From assembly GCA_037137395.1 (NCBI GenBank), contig JBAXKK010000068.1, positions 1 to 14,251 of the forward strand: a DNA stretch of 14,251 nt, written 5' to 3'. Source of the stretch: Elusimicrobiota bacterium. GTDB taxonomy: Bacteria > Elusimicrobiota > Elusimicrobia > Elusimicrobiales > UBA9959. Below are positions 7,936-14,251 of this stretch, in pieces; the stretch's first letter is position 1; each line of letters starts with the position of its first letter. The notes under the pieces were generated by a model. It worked only from the letters and a program-made list of their open reading frames with translations. It did not search any database and was not told where the DNA came from. A program made the position numbers and the translations under genes.

Positions 7936-9087
7936 ATGGCGGAAAACACAAGCTGGCAGGAATACTGTTTTAAACCGGAAAACGCTCTGGGCGGCAACGC
8001 CGTCAGGCTTCTTAAGAACGGGGACGAGGCTTTCGCGGAGATGTTGAAGGTTTTGCGTGAAGCCAGAGAATATATCCTGTTGGAATTCTACGCTTTTTCC
8101 GACGATTCGGTAGGATGCCTCTTCCGTGACCTTCTCCTGAAAAAAGTTAAAGAAGGGGTCCGCGTCTGTCTTATATACGACGCAGTGGGCTCCGTCATGA
8201 CCGACAGGGATTTTTTCTCGGCCATGTCCGCGGGTGGGGTAAAGGTGGGGGAGTTCAGGCCGGTGGTGCTCTGGAAACCGTATTGGAACTGGATTAAGCG
8301 CGACCACCGCAAGATCATCTGTGTGGATGGTGAGGTGGCGCTGGTGGGCGGGTTTAACATCAGCGCTTACGACGCCCCGGTTTCGCTCGGCGGCCACGGC
8401 TGGAAAGACGCGCAGGTGCGCGTGGAGGGAGCCGTGGTGGGGGAAGTGGAGAGGCTATTCTGGGAATCTTGGGCGGCGAGCTCAGTCGCTCCGGATGCCG
8501 GGCCGCTTCTTAAGCCGGGCAAAAGATACTCAGCGGGAAATATTTACGCTTCGGTGGTATCGGCTTCCGGCATGAGGAATTTTCGATCGATCAGGCGGCG
8601 CTACAGTTACGCTATAGATCGGGCAAAAAGATACATCTATATAACCAACGCTTATTTTCTCCCGGACCGGTTCGTGTACAGGCGGCTGATTAAAGCGGTC
8701 CGCAGAGGTGTGGATGTGCGTATAATCGGGCCTTATAAGACCGACCACCCGTACATCCGCTGGGCCACGTGGTCTATATATCCGCATATGATAAAAAACG
8801 GAATTAAGATGTATGAATGGAAAGGCGGGATCCTTCATTCCAAAACTGCCGTTATAGACGGCATCTGGTCTTCCGTTGGCAGCCACAACCTCGATCACCG
8901 GAGTCTGCATTATAATCTGGAAGTAAATATAAATGTGTATGACAGGGCTTTTGGCTCCAGTATGGCGCACTTTTTCAGGGACGATCTTAAGAACTCAAAG
9001 CCCGTGACGCTGGACGACACAAGGGTGCGGCCGTTTCTGTCAAAGGCGGCCAGCAAGCTTTTGTATCTTTTCCGGTCGTGGCTATAG
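7936..9087 (+). CDS. clsB: Phospholipase D family cardiolipin synthase, ClsB-type (no N-terminal TM anchor)
   Basis: Two HKD motifs (DHRKIICVDG, LHSKTAVIDG) plus GNAVRLLKNGDEAF, LIYDAVGS, WKDAQV, ITNAYFLPD, VGSHNLDHRSLHYNLE. It lacks the two N-terminal TM helices of ClsA. Confidence 0.85.
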   Translation: MAENTSWQEYCFKPENALGGNAVRLLKNGDEAFAEMLKVLREAREYILLEFYAFSDDSVGCLFRDLLLKKVKEGVRVCLIYDAVGSVMTDRDFFSAMSAGGVKVGEFRPVVLWKPYWNWIKRDHRKIICVDGEVALVGGFNISAYDAPVSLGGHGWKDAQVRVEGAVVGEVERLFWESWAASSVAPDAGPLLKPGKRYSAGNIYASVVSASGMRNFRSIRRRYSYAIDRAKRYIYITNAYFLPDRFVYRRLIKAVRRGVDVRIIGPYKTDHPYIRWATWSIYPHMIKNGIKMYEWKGGILHSKTAVIDGIWSSVGSHNLDHRSLHYNLEVNINVYDRAFGSSMAHFFRDDLKNSKPVTLDDTRVRPFLSKAASKLLYLFRSWL

Positions 9088-9140
9088 CGGCAGAGGGTCG
9101 TAGGGATGAAGAGTCCCCTATCTGATAAGTGTTCACTTTT

Positions 9141-10604
9141 ATGAAAAACGGAATGGCTTTACTGATTATGGTTTTTGTTTTTTCAGCGCACGCTGTCAGA
9201 TGGGTGGGGGCGGAAGATTTTGAAGTGCCGCCGCCCTCAGTTAACGCGGAAGAATTGCGCGGCATCCGGGACAGGCTCGCCACCAGCCTTTTTTTTAAGG
9301 GAGAGCTCGCCGACAACATCATTGAATCCGACTTGCAGAATCGACTGGTACAACTGACAGGCCGGGAAACCTATTCGGAAGTTAGGTTAGCCCTGATAGG
9401 CTGGATAAAGACCAATCCGGATCAGGCGGCAAATATTTATTTTTATCTGGAAAGCCGCCAGCCCGAAGCTGGCAAACCTCCCGAGGTTATAAGTTACCAA
9501 ATGCCGTCATGGGTGATAAACCCACATTTTCTTGAGCTTGTACAGGGTGTTAACAGGGTTGCAAAGGACGCGTCAATAACGGATGAGGAAATGAGCCTTG
9601 TCGCGCAGCGCCTTTTTGAGGCCGCGCAGACGCAGCCGGAAGCTTACGCGCCATGGATCCCGAACGGGGCCGCGGCGCAGGGCGCGGGGGGAGCCGGGGG
9701 GATAAGTTATGCCGATTACAGGCTGAACCCGGCCAGCGTGGAGCGCGAAAGACGGACGCTTGGCGGGTGGTTTGAAAATGTTAAGTCCGCTGCTGAGGCT
9801 GAGATGTCGGGAGCGGGAAAAGAAAAAAGTATTTCCGGGCAGCGCAGGATTTTAGAAGAAACTTTTTCCATATACCGCAATTTTATCGTGGCGCTGTCTG
9901 GCTTGAAAGGAAGAATTAAAATAACCAGGGAGGAAGCCGTCCGGCTGGAAGCTCTGCGGCAATCGCTTAGAAAAAATCTCGGTGAGCTTGAGACCCTGTC
10001 GGCGATGCGCAAGATTAACGAGCGGGCTCAAGCCCTTCCGCCGCTGTCTCCCGGCTCTAAGATCTTGAGGGCCGACGCTCGCCGCATAGAGGATGGATTT
10101 AAAGTATTGCTGTCCGACCTCAGGGAAAATCCGGAGAGCGTGAAATCCGCAGGCGGCAGGTTTTACGAACTTAAAAAGGTTTTTGATTTCTGGACCCTCA
10201 GATTCTCGGTCCACGGCCGCCTCTCGGATCTGAAAAACCGGATAGCGGAGCGTCGGTTCTCGTGTGTGTTTGATAAATTTGTTTTTAAATACCTGTCACG
10301 GCTTCACCCTTCGGCTGACTACGCTAGACTGGCGGCTGGTGGGGACGAACGCTCGAAGGCGTTGGATATTTCGCTTGAAGGCGTGGCCGCGGGGGACTAT
10401 GAAACCGCTTCTTTTTTTTCGCTCGGCGCGGAAAAATCCCTCTCCGGAAAGATTCGCGAGGCTGAGAGGGACGCCGACCGCTTGGAAGCTTATTCCCGGT
10501 TCAACCGGCGCATACAGTTCTTCTTCTGGGACGCGTTCGTTAACCCGTTCGGTCTGGGCCCGGGCCCCAAAGGTATAAGCGCTCGAAATAATTTGCTATT
10601 TTAG
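9141..10604 (+). CDS. Hypothetical exported protein, predominantly helical, unknown function
   Basis: Long ORF (491 aa from GTG 9129; ATG 9141 preferred). N-terminus MKNGMALLIMVFVFSAHA-V looks like a Sec/SPI signal peptide. It has a Gly/Ala-rich linker and charged amphipathic helices, and no motif I recognise. Confidence 0.75.
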   Translation: MKNGMALLIMVFVFSAHAVRWVGAEDFEVPPPSVNAEELRGIRDRLATSLFFKGELADNIIESDLQNRLVQLTGRETYSEVRLALIGWIKTNPDQAANIYFYLESRQPEAGKPPEVISYQMPSWVINPHFLELVQGVNRVAKDASITDEEMSLVAQRLFEAAQTQPEAYAPWIPNGAAAQGAGGAGGISYADYRLNPASVERERRTLGGWFENVKSAAEAEMSGAGKEKSISGQRRILEETFSIYRNFIVALSGLKGRIKITREEAVRLEALRQSLRKNLGELETLSAMRKINERAQALPPLSPGSKILRADARRIEDGFKVLLSDLRENPESVKSAGGRFYELKKVFDFWTLRFSVHGRLSDLKNRIAERRFSCVFDKFVFKYLSRLHPSADYARLAAGGDERSKALDISLEGVAAGDYETASFFSLGAEKSLSGKIREAERDADRLEAYSRFNRRIQFFFWDAFVNPFGLGPGPKGISARNNLLF

Positions 10605-10908
10605 CCTGAATCCTGCAGTTCAGAATAATCCTTGTAGAGAAATCAGGGGAACAAAATTATTCTGCAGGATTCCCCGCGAAGCGGGCGGAGGGCCAAGCGC
10701 CATGCGCGACAGGCCGACGGGGTGAGGCCCGGCTTTAGAACGAGGCATAATTATGCCTCGCGTCCGGGCCGCAAGGCCGCAGGTGTTTTCCTGCGCAGCG
10801 AAAACACCGAGGCGGGGTCGCGCAAAACCGCTATGCGGTTTATGCGTGACTATTCCTCCCGAAGGGCGCCCGTTATACGGGCGGAAAACTTCAACTAAAG
10901 TTTTCAGG
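10605..10908. mobile_element. Putative MITE / non-autonomous IS derivative (304 bp), densely palindromic
   Basis: Flanked by TTAG direct repeats (10601-10604, 10909-10912). The left end CCTGAATCCTGCAGTTCA matches the reverse complement of the right end, CCTGAAAACTTTAGTTGA, at 13/18 positions with the first 6 identical. No transposase ORF; at least 8 internal hairpins. Confidence 0.6.
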
Positions 10909-10926
10909 TTAGCCTTGATTCCCCTG

Positions 10927-12420
10927 TCACTTGAGCAATTCTTTGATTGCGGCGTTGGCGGCGGCTGGGTTAGCCGTGCCTTTTGACTTTTTCATAATGA
11001 CGCCGACTATGGGGCCCAGGGCCTTCTCGTTGCCATTTTTAAAATCTTCAGCCGCTTTAGGATTGGCCGCGATTGCTTCCAAAGCCCATTCCTTTATCTG
11101 ACCGGTATCGCTAACTTGGGAGAGGCCTAGCTCATTGACCAGCGCTTGGGCATCTCTGCCGGTTTCCCACGCCTTCGCGAACACTGTCTTGGCAGCGGAA
11201 GCCGAGAGTTTGCCGGCGGCCGTAAGCGCGGCTATGCTCACCAGGTTTGCCGGCGAAATAAGATCCTTGTCTCCCGGGTCCAGTGTTACTGAATCTTTTT
11301 TCAGGCCGTTCAGGCGTGCCAGGAATTCACTGGAAACGAGGTTTAGGACGCTTTTAGCCGGCACATTCAATTTGAGGGTTTTGACCGCGTCCATGCAGGC
11401 CGAGAAATACTCGCTAAGACCTTTGCCCGCGGTTACCACGCCGGCGTCGTAGGAGGAAAGGCCATATTCGGTTTTAAAACGGTCCTTCCTGGCCTTAGGC
11501 AGTTCGCCCATTTCATTCTTAAGCCCCTCTTTGAAAGCCGCTGTAATCCTTAAGGGCGCCAGATCCGGTTCAGGAAAATACCGGTAGTCGTGTGCCAGTT
11601 CCTTTGAGCGCATGGATACGGTTTTTTGTTCCTTTTCATTCCAGAGGCGGGTGTCTTGGGCTATGGTCTCTCCGAGGTTAAGCGCCGCGGTCTGGCGGAT
11701 GATCTCGTGCGCTATAGCGTCTTTGACGGCCTTAAACGAATTTAGATTTTTTATTTCTACCTTGCGGCCGAGCTTGGTTTCGCCTTTGGGCCTGAGAGAA
11801 ATATTAACATCGCAGCGCAGCTCGCCTTTTTCCATGTCACAATTTGACACGCCGATCCACTGCATGAGTTTTTTAAGTTCTATAAGATAGGCGTAGGCCT
11901 CGTCCGCGGAATTCATGTCCGGCTCAGAAACTATTTCCAGGAGCGGCACGCCGCAGCGGTTGAAATCCACCAGGGTATGGTCCAGCTGCGCGCTGCCCAG
12001 GGCGTGCAGTGATTTTCCGGCATCCTCTTCCAGGTGCGCGCGGTGTACTCTCACGGTTTTGGTATAAGTCCCGCCTTTGGCGTCCTTAATGTCCAGCTCC
12101 ACGGAGCCGGTTTCGCAGAGGGGTTTATCGAACTGCGATATCTGGTAGGCTTTGGGCAGGTCGGGATAAAAATAATTCTTTCTGGCGAATATAGAAACTT
12201 CCCTGATTTCGCAACCGAGCGCGAGACCCGCGGCCACTCCCAGACGCACGGCCTTCATGTTGGGCACTGGCAGAGTGCCAGGCTGGCCGGTGCAAACCGG
12301 GCATATGGAGGTATTGGCCGGTGCTTCTGAGGCGGAGGTCTTGCAGGGACAGAACATCTTTGTCCCGGTTTTAAGCTGGGTATGTATTTCAAGGCCTATT
12401 ACAGGCTCAAATTCAATCAT
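10927..12420 (-). CDS. gatB: Aspartyl/glutamyl-tRNA(Asn/Gln) amidotransferase subunit B
   Basis: VIGLEIHTQL, CPVCTGQPGTLP, RKNYFYPDLPKAYQISQ, HLEEDAGK, DFNRCGVPLLEIVSEPD, RCDVNIS, VEIKNLNSF, DYRYFPEPDL, C-terminal YqeY-like domain; GGAGG RBS upstream. Confidence 0.98.
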   Translation of the reverse strand: MIEFEPVIGLEIHTQLKTGTKMFCPCKTSASEAPANTSICPVCTGQPGTLPVPNMKAVRLGVAAGLALGCEIREVSIFARKNYFYPDLPKAYQISQFDKPLCETGSVELDIKDAKGGTYTKTVRVHRAHLEEDAGKSLHALGSAQLDHTLVDFNRCGVPLLEIVSEPDMNSADEAYAYLIELKKLMQWIGVSNCDMEKGELRCDVNISLRPKGETKLGRKVEIKNLNSFKAVKDAIAHEIIRQTAALNLGETIAQDTRLWNEKEQKTVSMRSKELAHDYRYFPEPDLAPLRITAAFKEGLKNEMGELPKARKDRFKTEYGLSSYDAGVVTAGKGLSEYFSACMDAVKTLKLNVPAKSVLNLVSSEFLARLNGLKKDSVTLDPGDKDLISPANLVSIAALTAAGKLSASAAKTVFAKAWETGRDAQALVNELGLSQVSDTGQIKEWALEAIAANPKAAEDFKNGNEKALGPIVGVIMKKSKGTANPAAANAAIKELLK

Positions 12421-12434
12421 CTCTGCAACCTCCG

Positions 12435-12851
12435 CTATTCTTTAAGGAGCTCCAGCATCTTGAGATCGCTGGGGTAGCTCAGATAATTTTTTGCCTCATC
12501 AGGCGTGCACCACTTTATGTCAAAAATTTCATCGGGCGTTTTTACCACGCCGTCGCCGCCCAGGCGCCTCATGGTATACCAAAGCACATCCTTATCAACA
12601 TGACGGCCCTGCCTCTCAAACGAATAAACAGCTTTGCAAAGGTCGCGGGTTATCGCACAATCAAAGCCGGTTTCTTCGGCCACTTCCCGCAGCGCGGCGG
12701 CCTCGGGGGTTTCTCCCGGTTCGATATGGCCTTTTGGAAAAGTCCAGACCTTTGAGCCGGTCAGATTCAGCATTAATATCAAAAGAACGCGGCCATCCTC
12801 CAGGATTACCCCGCCGGCGGAATGCTCTGAAGTTTTATCAGTTCGCGGCAC
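12435..12851 (-). CDS. Nudix hydrolase, resembling bis(5'-nucleosyl)-tetraphosphatase (Ap4A hydrolase)-like Nudix proteins
   Basis: Complete Nudix box GHIEPGETPEAAALREVAEETG preceded by WTFPK, with N-terminal SAGGV and C-terminal LSY. GTG start with GGAG 7 nt upstream; overlaps the gatA 3' end by 14 nt. Confidence 0.9.
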   Translation of the reverse strand: MPRTDKTSEHSAGGVILEDGRVLLILMLNLTGSKVWTFPKGHIEPGETPEAAALREVAEETGFDCAITRDLCKAVYSFERQGRHVDKDVLWYTMRRLGGDGVVKTPDEIFDIKWCTPDEAKNYLSYPSDLKMLELLKE

Positions 12852-14250
12852 GCGCCAGCTCCGAACCCAGGCTGAACATTGCCGACTCGTTGAACGGCTT
12901 AGCCAGAAATTGAGCGCCGATGGGCCTGCCGTCTTTGGATGAGCCTGCCGGAACAGACAGCCCTGCCAGCCCCGCCAGATTGCAGGGGATCGTGAAAATA
13001 TCGGATAAGTACATGGCGAGCGGATCTGATATTTTTTCTCCGAATTTGAAAGCGGGGCTGGGCGTGGTCGGCGTTAAAATGACGTCCACGTTTTTAAAGG
13101 CTTCGTCAAAATCCCGCTTTATGAGCGTGCGTATTTTCTGAGCCTTCAGGTAATACGCGTCGTAATATCCGGAGCTTAAGGAGTAGGTTCCAAGCATGAT
13201 CCTTCGCTTGACCTCGGGGCCGAAGCCCTGTCCCCGGGTTTTTTTATAGACATCGGAGAGCGCTTCGCCTTTTACGCTCAGCCCGTAGCGGATGCCGTCA
13301 AAGCGGCCAAGGTTAGAGCTGGCCTCGCTTGAGGCCACGATATAATAGGCCGGCACGGCGTATCTGGTGTGGGGGAGTGAGATTTCCGTGAACTTCGCGC
13401 CCAGCTTTTCCAGTTTGTTTACTGTTTCTCCGAAAACACGGGTAACTTCAGCGTCCATAGCGCCGGAGCCCGCGGCGTATTCTTTAGGCAGACCTATTCT
13501 CAGACCGCTCACTCCGGAGATATTAGTGCCTTCGGGATATTTAACCGATGTGGCGTCTTTCGGGTCATGACTTGATATAACCGAGAAGGCAAGCGCAGTG
13601 TCTTCTATCGAATTGGCGAAGACGCCTATCTGGTCCAGGCTTGAAGCGAAAGCCACCAGGCCGTAGCGCGACACTGAGCCATAGGTGGGCTTGAGCCCGT
13701 AAGTCCCGCAGAAGGCGGCCGGTTGGCGGATAGAGCCGCCGGTATCCGAGCCCAGGGCGACGGGGCACATCCCGGCGGCGACGGCCGCGGCGGATCCGCC
13801 TGATGAACCGCCCGGCACGCAGTCCGTGCTCACCGGATTTCGGGTTCGCTTGAAGGCTGAATTCTCGGTAGATGAGCCCATGGCGAATTCATCCATGTTC
13901 GCTCGGCCTATAATTACGGCGTCTTCATTTATAAGGTTCTGAACCGCGGTAGCCGTATAGGGTGCGATAAATCCTTCAAGTATTTTTGATCCGCAGGTGG
14001 TTTTATGCCCCTCGTAGAGCATGTTATCCTTTATGGCAACCGGTACTCCGGCCATGCGTCCTAGCGGCAGGCCCTTGATTACCTTTTCGTCCACAGCCCG
14101 GGCCTGAGCCATTGCGGAATTCTCAAAGATTTCCAGGAAAGCGCCGATCTTTCCGTCCTTTTCTTTTATTATCTTAAGATGATGTTCGAGCACCGCTACG
14201 GCGCTGATTTTTTTTTCTTTAACTTGCCGGATGATCTCTGTCGCTTTTTC
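12838..14250 (-). CDS. gatA: Glutamyl-tRNA(Gln) amidotransferase subunit A, 5'-truncated by window edge
   Basis: Amidase signature GVPVAIKDN, NMDEFAMGSSTENS, PGGSSGGSAAAV, GSDTGGSIRQPA; GatA-specific SEASSNLGRFDGIRYG, EVKRRIMLGTY, YYDAYYLKAQK, MYLSDIFT. The frame stays open past GTG 14193 to the window end (EKATEIIRQVKEKKISAVAV). Confidence 0.98.
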   Translation of the reverse strand, partial: EKATEIIRQVKEKKISAVAVLEHHLKIIKEKDGKIGAFLEIFENSAMAQARAVDEKVIKGLPLGRMAGVPVAIKDNMLYEGHKTTCGSKILEGFIAPYTATAVQNLINEDAVIIGRANMDEFAMGSSTENSAFKRTRNPVSTDCVPGGSSGGSAAAVAAGMCPVALGSDTGGSIRQPAAFCGTYGLKPTYGSVSRYGLVAFASSLDQIGVFANSIEDTALAFSVISSHDPKDATSVKYPEGTNISGVSGLRIGLPKEYAAGSGAMDAEVTRVFGETVNKLEKLGAKFTEISLPHTRYAVPAYYIVASSEASSNLGRFDGIRYGLSVKGEALSDVYKKTRGQGFGPEVKRRIMLGTYSLSSGYYDAYYLKAQKIRTLIKRDFDEAFKNVDVILTPTTPSPAFKFGEKISDPLAMYLSDIFTIPCNLAGLAGLSVPAGSSKDGRPIGAQFLAKPFNESAMFSLGSELARAAN

Positions 14251-14251
14251 C

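Noticed and set aside
9103..9121. Small imperfect hairpin TAGGGA...TCCCCTA after clsB
   Set aside because: The stem is bulged and has no adjacent U-tract, so it cannot be supported as an intrinsic terminator.
10605..10926. tRNA, tmRNA, RNase P, SRP or CRISPR array as the identity of the structured spacer
   Set aside because: No T-loop/CCA or tmRNA termini, no RNase P or SRP core motif that I can see, and no regularly spaced identical repeats with spacers.
10753..10986. 77-aa ORF MPRVRAARPQ...
   Set aside because: It starts in the middle of a palindrome, runs through the hairpin array, overlaps gatB antisense and has no recognisable motif.
164..13768. Numerous 60-160 aa antisense or alternate-frame ORFs in the ORF track (e.g. 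164..574, 1083..1520, 7924..8397, 8530..8970, 12491..12913)
   Set aside because: They overlap well-supported genes and show no motifs; these are the expected shadow ORFs in moderately GC-rich DNA.
14208..14216. 9-T run (A9 on the coding strand) near the gatA 5' end as a possible frameshift or phase-variation tract
   Set aside because: The reading frame is intact (GAA AAA AAA ATC = E K K I) in a housekeeping gene; these are ordinary Lys codons.

Overview
Bacterial chromosomal window of moderately high GC. The gene style is reminiscent of Elusimicrobiota, but that is an impression and not something the sequence proves. The + strand carries a type IV pilus assembly operon (5'-truncated pilM, pilN, pilO, a non-lipoprotein pilP-like gene, secretin pilQ). 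It is followed by two translationally coupled O-antigen-ligase/oligosaccharyltransferase-like membrane proteins with C-terminal TPR-like repeats, a ClsB-type phospholipase D/cardiolipin synthase, and a secreted ~490-aa protein of unknown function. The - strand carries gatA (5'-truncated), a Nudix hydrolase and gatB, converging on the + strand genes. The non-coding DNA is the most unusual part. Between the convergent genes lies a 304-bp hairpin-packed MITE-like element with imperfect terminal inverted repeats and a TTAG target duplication (10605-10908). Directly after pilQ there is an inverted heptamer tandem-repeat hairpin (4581-4659).
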